Positions 24,387 to 36,736 of a stretch of DNA of 64,000 nt are shown piece by piece. The stretch covers positions 310,001-374,000 of the forward strand of contig JAPETS010000022.1 in NCBI GenBank assembly GCA_026023565.1, in the 5' to 3' direction. Below the pieces are notes generated by a model. The model ran no database searches. It was not told the origin of the DNA and saw only the letters and a list, made by a program, of their open reading frames with translations. The position numbers and the translations under genes were made by a program. Each line of letters begins with the position of its first letter. Position 1 is the stretch's first letter. Source of the DNA: Cirrosporium novae-zelandiae (Eukaryota).

Positions 24387-25622
24387 AGGAAAATAATATT
24401 AGGAAATTGGGTTATCCAGAGACCTGCACACTAGAATGGTAGTGATGCATATCTTAGATGGTGCCAGTTTTGCTCGGAAGTAAACCAGAACGACGGTCCT
24501 AGCTACGAAATGGAAGAGTCGCCAACTCCCCAGCGGAGAGCGATATATCTGACTTAATTGCTAGTCCACTAGCATGCATTGAAGTTGCACGAAATATTTA
24601 CATATACTGCAACTGGGTAGATGACATTGGGAGCATTTACTGTTGATGCAGTGGTTCTGGAATATTGGTAGGATGCACAGAGGGAGGACTTGAGTCATAA
24701 CTCGGGGAAATGCGGAGGTGCTGGGCTCGTTGTCTTGATACCCTTGGCTCTTTGTCGTTACGAGTTCTTGATTATATATGCTAGCTAACCTGTTCTATGA
24801 GTCAAAGAGGATGTATCGCGACCGGGGCGTGTGATATGAGAGAGTTTAGACAATGATGAGCTTCATTGTCTAAGTGGAATTTCTCATCATTTTAGGAAAT
24901 GTGGGGTCTTATAATAGGCGTGAAATGCATGTCGGTTGGACTTTTTTCCACCATCTGGCTTGTTCTGAACAATTAGCTATTGAATGCCATGGGTTGATAT
25001 AAATATCGGCTGTTTAGTGGTTCGGGTCGGAGATCGGGATTATCATAAAGCTAAAATTAATTGTTTCATTTCAGTCATTTCCTACCAATAGTCGGATGCT
25101 TCATTCCAACAACAAATCATCACCTCGGACCTTTTCTTCTACTGCAAGGGCGAGGAGATCTGTGGAGTCATGAATAAGCGGTGTTGGCATGGAAATGCCA
25201 CCTGAAGATGCTGTCGATGAAACAAAGAGAAAATGTGGCCCAAGATTAAAGGTCGTAAGAACTTGGGGTTTGGCGATCCAACATCCACGTCAACAAGCTG
25301 GACGGTGAGATATTACCCGTAATACCACCCACCATCTGTTACCTATCGCTTACTATGGGGCTCTTACTCGTCTTTCTATCTGACAAACTTGATCATCTTC
25401 TTTACTTTTATTTCTTAAATGTCAGGTTCAAACATTCACAAAGAACCACGTCTCGCTTTTGCCATTCATTCCTCGTACCGGTTGCTGGACAAGACCTTCA
25501 CTTCTAGATATTGTGAAGAGGTACTATTCTTTTGAAGTTTTGGAGTTTTGTATACAGCTGGACTGACCCAAACCTCAACTTATTTGAATCGAGTATATGC
25601 TTTATTGGGGTAATGCCACCAA

Positions 25623-27004
25623 ATGCAAGATTCCGGCTTCAAGACTACAATCCGTCATGGCCCATGCAAACGGATCCTCGCAACCCAAGGTAGCCCAGAC
25701 GGCCTTTTGATGGAGATGCCGCTATTAATATCGTCTAGACTTATGAGAATGATAAAACCCAAAGTCAACTTGAAAAAAATAACATCCCTAGCAACAATTA
25801 CGCTCCTTCCGATATCATAGTGTCCCTTCATCGACAAACTACACCTGATAGCTACTTGGACCTGCCTCTCTCTTTACAAATTCCATTAAAAAAACCAGGT
25901 GCTATCAATGGCTCAGACCCTCTTATATTTACGCACAATTCAACTTCAACTACATCAATTGTTACCGAAAACACAGTCCGTGAATCTTTTTTAAGCAGTG
26001 ATTCCACCATAGAGCTATTCAACCATACATCAGAAACCATCCCATTTGCTAAAAACTCGACCCTACAGCTAGACGAAATCGATACCGATATGTCTGAGAC
26101 ATCTTCATTACGGCATAATCCGGTTGCTGAAGCAGTTGCTGTCATGTTCTCAACCGCGAAACCTTCGGTCATTCATATTTCGAGACCTAGCGCCCCAGAG
26201 TCCCTTTCAGCTCCACACCCGGGTTTGTCTTTTCAAGAACGTACTAAACTTGAAGAGGACGACCGAAGTAGGGACCCGACCAAGAAACTGACAGCTTTAA
26301 ACGATATTGAAGATGTACCAGAGCTCCTAGAGATCACTAGTGACGAAGAAGATTCATCGCTGGAGCAAACAGAATTGAGTTTGATTTCTTCAACCTCGTG
26401 GACCAAAGATCTCGTCGTCACTGATTGTGGACGTATGATTAACGAGCCCCATGATAATCCTTTTATTTCACGCAGTAATGACAAAGAACCTCACACGGCC
26501 ATGGAATCAATTGAATCTTACCTGCTAGGCCTACAATATCCTTCCAACCCTCTAAATACTTTGACCGATCAGGACTCGAAAGAAGCACCTCTTATGCTTG
26601 CAGCGGCAGAATCGGCTGTCCGTCGGCGTCCTCATCCAAATCTACGAAAGGTACTTTCACTTCAACAGCAACAGCCACAACCACAATCATATCCACATCC
26701 ACATCCACAGCCACAAGTCTTATCACAACCCCCATTACAACACTCATCACAACTTCTATGCCAACCTCTATCACGACAATCTCAGATCACACCCCCAATC
26801 CCTCCCCGAAACCCCAACAGAGCCGAGGCTAGTCCCAAATCCAAATCCAAATCCAAAAACAAATTTAAATATAAACCTAAACCACCCAAACCACCCAAGA
26901 ACAAACCCGAACCCCACCCTCACCAACACTTTTCATCCATCCTTGGATTTTGGAAAATGAGAGAACAGGCAATCCCGTTTTCATTGTCTTGTCTTGATAA
27001 GTAG
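25623..27004 (+). CDS. hypothetical low-complexity Ser/Pro-rich protein
   Basis: 394-codon open frame. A GT at 25690 and an AG at 25819-25820 join the short ATG exon at 25623 in frame. No domain recognised; the 5' structure is uncertain. Confidence 0.5.
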
Positions 27005-28027
27005 CATGGGGATTTAGAGAAATGAGGGAAAAGGGGTTGTATGAAGGTGTCCGAATAGATGGGTATATATATGTGTATGCATAATATATGTATATATATT
27101 TCCGGGCGCGCGTGTGTGTGCACATGGGCATGCTGCGACTTGTATGACTTATCCTATATCGAGGGGATAGGGGTAGGGAGGAATTAATTGGCTTACACAC
27201 TAATGGATGCGAGCTGGTGGGTATCTATCTCTGTCCCCCTATCTACTATCCCCTTATTTACCTGTCCATCGGTCTAACACGAATGGGAGAAGATGAATAG
27301 GCATACAGCTAGCCACCTTGTTAATGTTTTATTCCGCGCTACATGGGATGGGATAGGATGAACAACAAGCGCTGCTGCTGCCATGTATATACCACATAAC
27401 ATACCAAGGCTATTGGAATAATCACCCCTCCCCTGGACTTATCTACTCACCCACTCACCCACGCATTCCAACTTCTACTTATGAAAAAGGAGAAAATAAG
27501 GAATGGGGGGAAGGAAATACCATAGAATCGATAATCGTTGTACATACAAATACACGTATACATTACAGTGCATATATGTAATTCATATACATATGGCCTT
27601 CCCAGTCTTTGTTCAGTTCTAGGTCCGTTATGTTAAGATGCATAGCTTGTAGGGTCTGTATTAATACATGTCACAGATACCAAATCACATGACACCACCT
27701 TATATCTATAGATCCTTGAGCTCGCACCTTAGACTAGACCTTAAGTCATTAATATCTATATTAGTTATACTCCTAGATCTAAGCTTTATAAGAGCCATAT
27801 CCTAGGCGTCGTAACAATGCAAGATTGAAACTTGTATTTTCTTCCTTTAAGGAGTCCCCTTTTGACTTGTGACGTGTTTCCCCGCACTTGGTCCCTTATA
27901 CTTAAAGCATAGTTCCCAACCCCATTTTCTACCAAGTATGCCTCTCTCGAGCGCATCCTCCTCAATCCCATTCTCTATGCCTCACATCTCTCTCTTAAAC
28001 CCCTTCTTTGTGGCATTACCTTGAATA

Positions 28028-28736
28028 ATGGATGACCATCAAACAAAATTATTAGAAGGCATCTCCGAGTTAGGACCTCTAGCTTAACAAAAGAAGGCCG
28101 ACTAATATGATACAGGCTTTTTAATAGCACCCAACATTCAGACCTAATCATCTATATCGGAAAGAAAGAATTGCCTGCTCATGCTTTGATCTTGGCCGCT
28201 CAAAGCGAGTTCTTCGAAAAGGCCTTGAAGCCTGGATTCAAGGAAGAAGAGACCAAGGTCTTTCGCTTTGAAACAGGAAGTGAGCATGCCTATTGGAGAG
28301 TTTTTAATTATTTATATACGGGAGACTACTCGGATGAACCATGTCAAGATCTAGAGGTTGACGGTAACCACACTTTATTCTCTGGTCATTACAGCTGAGG
28401 TTGATGATCAAAATAGATGATATCGAACTTCTCAAACACGTCCGAGTATATGAACTAGCGGACTTCTTCTTCATCGACAACCTGAAGGAACTTGTCCGCC
28501 AAAAATTCGAATCAAAGCTGCAAACCTGTTGGGTCAGCGAAACACTAGTTGATTGTATTTCGGAATTATACAGCACAACACCTTATGGGAAAGACAACGC
28601 GATAAAGCGAGTGGTATTAAGCATGGTTTACAAAAATATAAATGAGCTTTGGAGCAAACGGGCATTCAAAGACCTTGTACGAAGTAATGGCGATTTTGCT
28701 GCAGACCTTATTAATAAGGTAATAAGACTTAGATGA
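28028..28736 (+). CDS. stand-alone BTB/POZ domain protein, 3 exons
   Basis: LFNSTQHSDLIIYIG..LPAHALILAAQSEFFEKALKPGFKEEET...RVFNYLYTGDY, then HVRVYELADFFFIDNLKELV, the typical fungal BTB pattern. Confidence 0.88.
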
Positions 28737-29124
28737 ATTTTCTTTTTATGAGGTCTTATTTCTGCTCCATTGCTGGAGGAGAAGAACTCATCTGTTTGGT
28801 GGTCGTTGTTGTTGCTTACTTCCTTGCTTGCTGAGTTAGAGCTTAGCAAAAGGCCCTCTAAAATTATCTATAATTAAAGTATGACGTATCTAAACACTCA
28901 AACCCACAATCCTTTCACAATATTTTGATGCATCTATTGTGCTGTACTTTTGAAAGTATTGCAAAAACCACTTCGGGAATTGATTGGATCATATGACCTA
29001 ATTAATGAATTATTTTTCTCTCCAATCTATAATTATTTCAACAATTTATTTTACTTGAGTACTGTATATTAAGGTACGCCAAGACTCAGGCATTATCGCT
29101 TAGCGAACGCGAACGTCTTTGCCT

Positions 29125-29533
29125 GAGGGTAGTTCTCATGTTTACAGGTGCAGTTGTTTAATAAAAAAATGAAAGTGACCAGACCCAGAAAAGTGACCCT
29201 GGGGAGGCCTTCAACACCAATTTTTAATCAAATTTCGATTTGAAGGTCTCCCCAAAAGTCTAAAAAGTGAATAAAAACTAGTTGCGGATATTTGAAAACT
29301 GATTTTGTTTGAAGGCCTCCCTAGGGTCACTTTTCTGGGTCTGGTCGCTTTTGTGATTTTGTGTATGCTTCTTTATTAAATTTATCCAAAATATTCTAGT
29401 TATACTATCTAGTCTTGGCACGGCATCTTCCGAGATCCTTAACAGAAACCACACTTTCATTTTTATTTATGATTGTGTTGTAGTTAAATTCTTATATATA
29501 TCAATTACATTATTCTGTGAGGAAACTACCCTG
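29125..29533. mobile_element. putative non-autonomous fold-back/MITE-like element with nested inverted repeats
   Basis: 43-bp IR 29172-29214 / 29309-29351 (41/43 identical). Outer IRs at 29161-29176 / 29452-29470 and 29126-29138 / 29518-29532. No ORF. Confidence 0.55.
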
Positions 29534-29924
29534 ATGTAATTTTAGTGAAGGACAGTTTGTGAATCCGCCTTTTTCTGTGAATCCGCTTGCCTAGGTATGT
29601 TAAGGCACGCGCCAAACCTCAGGCACTCACATTCACTTAGCTAACGCGAACACACTGTCTTTGCCCTTTTAAAAAGGGAGAATGTTGCTTGGAACAAATA
29701 ACAAAGCAACGTTCGATTTTCTTTTGTATCTGCTACGACCACGGGAGTCATCACTTCTAAGCTATTATTATTACTGCTTGTGCCTCGTATGTATGCGAAT
29801 CGATTATTATTCTACTATTGCTTGCTTGTAGAGCTATCTTTATCACACAATTCATATTGCTTAGTATTTAAGCGCCGCCCTTATAATCTCCATAGTTTTT
29901 ACGATTTCGGCGTAATCGCTTGAC

Positions 29925-32214
29925 TCACCATTCGTCGCTGTCGTTATCATAATCCCCTTCTGTTATATCGGTATATGACCGAGATCGTAGTATTGGTGAC
30001 GTCGATGGCCGCGGGATACCCGCCTCCATAGATCGGTTAGAGATTGTTAGCGAATTCAAGTTACTCGAATTCAAGGTAATGTGTTGCGAATCGTCCACCT
30101 GCTGCCTCAACTGTTTGGTGCTTATTCTAGGGATCGTCATGAGAACCTTAAACTTTGTCCTTAGCGAGTCGTCTTTCACGATGTACTGAAGCCAGCTGAT
30201 CACGGGTTTCAAGTCTTGGGAACTCTCAGGAAGGTATTTGTCGAAACAAGAAACGCTATCTACAACGCAGTATACTGTCGCTTCGGGTGGAAACTGACCG
30301 ACGAGGCGGTGCAACGCGTTGCAGAGATCGTCTAAGTTGTGATATTCCAGGCTATTTAAGTAGGTCCTCGAATTTATGAAGTCTAGACTCAAGAGCTCTC
30401 GTTCATGCAATGCCATCAAGAGTTGCACGATTAGAGATCGGACTAGCCCATTTGGTCCATACCAGGGGTCTGTGGAGGAGGTGTGCAAGCCGCAGAAAAA
30501 GTGCGTTAAGACTTCCTCAGGCTGTAGTTTGGCCATGCTCACCACAAAATTCGCGCAAAATAGCGACATGGCGGATATGTTGCTGAGAGCAGCAGACCGA
30601 ATGTTTCCATCGACGAGAAGCAGATCAGGGTGTTCTTGTCCCATCCATATAGAGAATCGGACCTGTTGCAGGATTGACTGCGCTTGTCCTTGTGACTTGA
30701 TGTCAAACTTCCCTTTCTGGACTAAAATAGACTCAAGGTCATCATTCGGGTGCAGAAGGATAGACTCAACGCCGGGGATTTTGCTCTGAGTGAAGACAGA
30801 TTGAGCAATGATCACAAGCAATCTATCTAGGTGCACAACTGCGGTCAACGCTCGATTCGTTCCACCAGTGTGCTGGCGCTCTGCATTAAGACATTGATTC
30901 AATTGTGCAATCTCGACTTCCTTTTCTGACAAGACATCAGTATATGTATGTTGAGTTTGCGTCAGAAGTCACCTACTCTTTCGGTCTTCACACAAAAGAT
31001 ATAGCAACTCATTCCTAGCTTTTAGAATGTCATCCATAAGAGCCTGAATGTTAGCCATTTCTCTCCGCCTCCCCCTTTGTTCTCGAATGAGGTCGATGAT
31101 TTCGTCATTTTGCTTTCCTTGCATTTTTATGTCCGCCCCGATATTTTCTATATTCAAATTACCCCGTCTTAAAAAATCGTGCACTTTACCAACCTTATCT
31201 TTGATTAAAACAACATTTGTATTAGTCTCTCTTGTGTTGATCTCAGTGTTCTTCAGATCCTGACGAATAATGCGGACTTGAGTATTGGTGTCTTCGGATA
31301 AATGCCGGGTGATCAAAATCTCTTTATCACGGCACTTATCTACGGTGCGCGCGAGTTCCTCGGCGCTGTCTTTCAGTCTTTCTAACACAGTGTCTGGATT
31401 CTCAGGCTGTTGTTTGATTTTGAACCTCGGAATTAGTCGACCCCCTTTTGCCAATGTTAGATCACTTCACGACATCTCGCTAGGTTTTCCCCACTCACAT
31501 TCCAAAGACTTTTTAGTGGGTAGAGACCGTAGAAGTTCTTCAATAGCGTCCACAACGGCAAAATATAGTCTGGTGGCACATTTGCTGACTTCTGGATCCG
31601 TTTGGAAGCTCTTCCTTTTAAGTTTCGCCGCACCTAGCGTATCGCGTATACCCTTAAATGTGGTGAGGATTTTCTGTCTTTTTTCTGCCGACTTTTCCGC
31701 CATCTGTACTGTATTAGCTGAATCATCTTGTGATCGACGGTCGCTGATTAACCTTTAATGTGACAGCAATCCCTGACTTAACGACAGCTAGTCCATAGCA
31801 GTCTGGTATGAGATCAATCCATGGGTTTATGACCTCATAATTCTTTCCAATTTTCAACCACAAATTTTTGAAGATTTCTCGAGCACTATCATCTTTGTCA
31901 TGATATTTTGTCTCTGCATTACAGACTTTGTCGAACAATGCGTCCCAAGAGCAGTCTGATAGCTTGATTCCAATGTTTGACGGTATATACTCTTTCAATG
32001 CCAGTTCTAGGTTCCTGTTGTCTTATGTCAATAAGGCATAGAAATCGAAAAGAAAAATTACCCACGTGTATGGCCTTGGGTGCTCAAACTGAGCCCGCTG
32101 GTCATCGAACTGCGATGAACCTCCAAAGCCTTCGTGAACTTTGAAGGCTTCTTCACTGACAAACTTGGCTGGCATAGTGATTTGAGCATCACCTTCCGAC
32201 AGTCCCTCTCTCAT
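29925..32214 (-). CDS. NLR-like protein: helical N-terminal domain (DUF7708/Goodbye-like), coiled coil, degenerate NACHT/NPHP3-N-like STAND domain without Walker A; 5 exons
   Basis: Consecutive minus ORFs joined by short GT-AG introns. N-terminal SWDALFDKV...PWIDLIPDCYGLAVVKSGI. C-terminal FSIWM...LLLVDG..., THFFCG, LVRSLIVQLL, VYCVVDSV, FKVLMT follow the NACHT layout but have no GKS/T. Confidence 0.75.
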
Positions 32215-33013
32215 TGCTTAGAAATGAACGTACACGGAGAAAATGCCTCATAAGTTGTAAGGCGAGCAGGATCGCGGAGTGGAAAAAAGCTGCAGGCTAG
32301 ATCAAATCAAGCAAAGATTTAGCAAAATGGATATCCTAAAGTCTTTTAGACAAGCATTTGCTGATGGCCGCAGTTCGTCGGACACTTCGGCTTGCCAACC
32401 AACAACTTTATCAGCAGACATCCTGTGCGCCTACCTTGTAGTGTGAAATTCTCGCAGCCTTACTCACGAAATTTTATTATCAACGAATCCACCGCCGAGA
32501 TGCTGAAGACGGTCGTATTACGAATTTGGGGATGCCAGCCATCATTACCTTGGCATGGATCTATTGGCTGGAAATTAGTTAGGATCATGGCGGGGAAGTA
32601 CAAAAATCGAATACGGAAAAGTAGTTCATTGTCATTTGTCGACGGCGTCGAATGCCTATCTTCAGCTCTCAAGCTATTATTGTCTGCTACCCGACCACAT
32701 ATCTCCCCAAATGGGAAAATACATAATGTTGAAACGCCATTCCTATTCGCGCTGGGATCAACGTTGAGACAGACCATCTCGGCCGCCCGATCCAATATAT
32801 ATTAGCCGAGTCAGCTCTACAGTGTAAGTGGGGAGCTATTTCGTTCTCCAGCCCGTCTATCAATCCCGAAACCATTTTGTCGTTTTGTCAATATTTTCAT
32901 GCTACTCAATTGCGGTGAATAGATTTCATATTTTCAAGCAGCTATCTAACTTATTTCTCTATCTTTAACAATAACCTTTAAATATTTCATCTCGAGAATA
33001 AACTATATACATA

Positions 33014-36000
33014 ATGGAGCCAGTTGTAAGTTGAGCATTTTCATTTAGAAGCTCTAGCTGATATCAGTACCCCAGCTTGTGTCCCCTCAAATCGATGAAA
33101 CTGTTCTGTCTGATAAGCTCATGACGCTCGAGACACAAGCTGAGATAACCGACATGCCTACACCACCTGAAGAAGGAACGGCGGGGGGAGGTGATGCGTC
33201 GAATACCTACGACGATGTAGACAAGGAAAAACCAGCCTCTGCAACACCGAATGCTGGCGCTCCTCGTGGTTTAGATGAAGGAAAGGACAGTCTTGATGAA
33301 GAGCCCGCGACTGAGAGCCTAGCCGATTCTAAAAATAATCGGAAGGATTCAGAGAAAGCGGAAAGCCAGGCACCAGAAGCTGCACCTGAAATTGATTACT
33401 GGGAAGAAAGATTAAAAAACCTTCCAAAGATTCCCGCGGTCAAGGAGATGAATTTCGAGCACTTTAAGAATCGCTATGGCGAGGATGACGGCCGACATAT
33501 CATTGAAGTCCTCAAAGCCGGTCAGAACACACTCGACGAAGTTAACGAGGAACGCCTCCGACGGAAAGGAAGGGGAAAGAGAAATAGCAAGGCAAAGGGG
33601 AACATTGGGTCTAGTAGCACCTGGATTCAGCGGGTTCGTATCCAGTCGGAGCCCGTTCTTTGCTATTTTCAGAATGTGGCGAAAGTCGATGGTTGGGATA
33701 CCGAACGGCCACGGACATTCTTTAGGCCCTTCAAAGCTTTTATCCATTTTCAGCCAAAGATGAGAGACGCACTTCGAATCCTTGAAGAGAGGTGGGGTGA
33801 GGCCGAGAATCTAGATTCTTTGGGCCTGAAGGAAAAAGCAGCAGCGGCAATAGAGCAAGTGGAGAAGAGGCTGAACGACAGACGTCTTGACAACGACGAC
33901 GACGACGACGAGAGTGATGTGCAGGAGGATGATATAAGATTCAGAGGCCCTAAGATGAATAGTATCACAGCGTTGAGACACATGCGATGTTATGTTGAGT
34001 TCATCGACAACAAGATCATGCCATTGTACGATCTATTCAAGGGGACATCACAGCGGAAAATTCAATTCAGCGACCTTTGGTTGCTGTTCAGGATAGGCGA
34101 GATTGTTTACTCATCACCAGTCTCCGATTCAGCTGAGCTCCAGGCCTCGAAGCGATCATCGCATACGAGGATGAATCAAGCAGCCTGGAAATTGTACCGC
34201 ATTAGCGACACATTGATCCACGAAGACTCTCCTGACGACCTCGAAAACGATGCGAGTATTTTACTTCTTGGTGGCTACTACATTGACTATGACGGTGATT
34301 CATATGGACCAATTAAGCACGAATTTCAGATTAATTTCTTCAAAGGTGAGAAGGATATTACGTCTCTTGAGTTGTACCCTATCCGCTTCGTCAAAGAGTC
34401 TCAGCAAATCCGCGACCGTCTCAGAACCCAAGGCGGTACTTTCCAATCCTTTGTCAAAGAAAACCACCTTTACTACGAAGGATGGACAATCACCAGTAGC
34501 CCAACCGGAGAGTTGTACAAAGATCTCAATAACCCCGAGCACATTGAAAGTAATGTGATTATCGACTTCATAGAAGGATTTAAGCACAATCCTTCTTGGA
34601 GGCCCCAATTCAAGGCTCCTTTTCTTTATGATTATGAGTGGCCAGCTGGAGATGACAACTTCTCCATCAAGCATTGGTCTGACATAAAAAGAACCAAACT
34701 GTTGCGAGAGATTATAGAAAAGACACAGTGCGGCGATGGTACCAATTCTCAGCGGATAAATGAAAATACGGAGAAAGACAAGTTCATCACTGCATACAAA
34801 GCTGGCAAAGCCACTCAACTTGGCGAAAATGATCTCATTCTTCTACCACGGCGTTTGGTAGCATACGCCCTTCGCGAGAGAAAGTTCGTTATAGTGGACA
34901 TCTTGTCTCTGCGAGCTATCGTTGCCCAGTCCAAGATTTTCAAAGACCTGAAAATTAACCCCGAGCACAAGCGCATGGTGAAGTCGCTGGTGCAAGCCCA
35001 TTTTAGAAAGCGGGAGATTCAGAAGAAACAATCTATTGTTGGGTTGAACCAGGATCTTATTCGAGGAAAAGGTTCAGGCTTGTTCATTCTATTACACGGT
35101 GTCCCCGGTGTGGGCAAAACAGCCACGGCCGAGGCAGTCGCTCAAGCCAACAAGAAGCCACTTTTTAATATAACTTGTAGTGATCTTGGCTTCACTGCGA
35201 AATATGTCGAGAATTCGCTTAACGATATCTTCCGACTGGCACATCTTTGGGACTGCGTGTTACTGCTTGACGAGGCTGACATCTTTCTGTCAAGGAGGGA
35301 GACATCGGATCTGAAGCGAAACGGTTTAGTCTCAGGTATGTAGCCTTTGGCTTTGTAATGGTGCTGTTAAGAAGTCTCTCGGTGTACTTTGTTTGTTCTT
35401 TTCTTTTCTTCAAATAGCTAGAGCGACCTCTGAATCTTAACTGACTATGCCGTAGTGTTCTTACGCGTTCTTGAATATTACAGCGGGATCCTCTTTCTCA
35501 CGACGAACAGAGTTGGAACACTTGATGAAGCGTTCAAATCCCGCATGCATGTTAGCTTGTACTACGAGCCGCTGAAGAGAAATCAAACCCTGGACATCTT
35601 TAAGGTCAATATAGATAAGCTAAGAGCTATAGAAAAGGAGAAGAAAGACCAAACAAAGGACACAGACCTGAAAGAGTCAGCTCTGGAAATTAAGGAGGAG
35701 AGTATCATAAATTATGCCGCATGGTATTACGATAATATGCGCAAAACTGCACGGTGGAATGGAAGACAGATCCGTAACGCCTTCCAAGTTGCATCATCGC
35801 TAGCCTACTATAGCTTGCGGAAGAACTCGCTAGAGGACTCGGACGAGGAAGAAGCGACTCCATTAGGGCAGGTGAAGGATGGAGAAACACACGGTTCCGC
35901 GCCAATTTTGGACTGGAGACAGTTTGATGTGGTGGCAGAGGCAATCGAGCGATTTGAGATGTACCTGCAGGAGGCGACTGGCGCAACAGACTTAGACGCA

Positions 36001-36513
36001 GCTCGAGTCGGCCAGCTTCGCGCTGACAACTTTGAATACAGATCGAGCCCTCGTCGGCCTAGATATCAGCCACCCACACCTACTCAAGGAGAGTCGGCTG
36101 TAATAAAGACTAGTCAAGTTAGCACTTATCGGCGCAGTCCTGGCCGGGGTACTCCTAAGCGTCAAGGCCGTGGCCAGGGCTGGGGACAGCCGCACAGTGG
36201 CGAGCAAGCTAGGCCTTCCAATCGGGGAAGATATCCCGGCAACTCAGCTTCGAGTCGAGGAGGAAGAATGGGTCCGCTCTCAGGCCCGCAGGCACAGAGC
36301 CGATGCTATCAGCCGCCACCGGATAGCACTCCTTCCAGGCGCCCGTTGAGACCAAGAATGAGTTCCGGCCACTCGGGGTGGAGTAATGAAGACGATGTTG
36401 AGTGGGAACAATCTCATTCACGAGGAGATATGGAGGAAATGGACGAGGAGGAGAATGGTGACTATTATGCTAATGAAGAGGAGTGTGCTGATGATTATAA
36501 TGAGGATTTTTAA
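33014..36513 (+). CDS. fungal AAA+ ATPase with DUF7025-type N-terminal region, 3 exons
   Basis: Micro-exon MEPV (33014-33025), intron to 33075. FSDLWLLFRIGEIV; Walker A GVPGVGKT; Walker B VLLLDEAD; intron ~35336-35455; sensor-1 LFLTTNR; Arg finger AFKSR; lid WNGRQIRN. Confidence 0.93.
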
Positions 36514-36617
36514 TACTGAGCGCTGATAGGGATGAGTACCGCCAAAGGAACGATTGAAATAAATTTGAGGAGTTTTTATACCGAGCTGGAATAGTAGCCA
36601 TTTTGTTATGGCGCAGT

Positions 36618-36736
36618 CAGGTTATATATCCTAACACTGGATATCCGCCCAGGTAGCGGATATCCCACGTCCTTTTGGCTTAGTTAGGTAAGAGTGCTGG
36701 CTTACCTTCTAACATATTTCCTAATTTTTTCTTAGC
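36618..36736 (+). repeat. copy D (best preserved) of dispersed repeat family, with 10-bp hairpin and intron-like signals
   Basis: GGATATCCGC-CCAGGTA-GCGGATATCC (36639-36665), followed by GTAAGAG...CTAAC...poly-T TAG. Confidence 0.75.
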
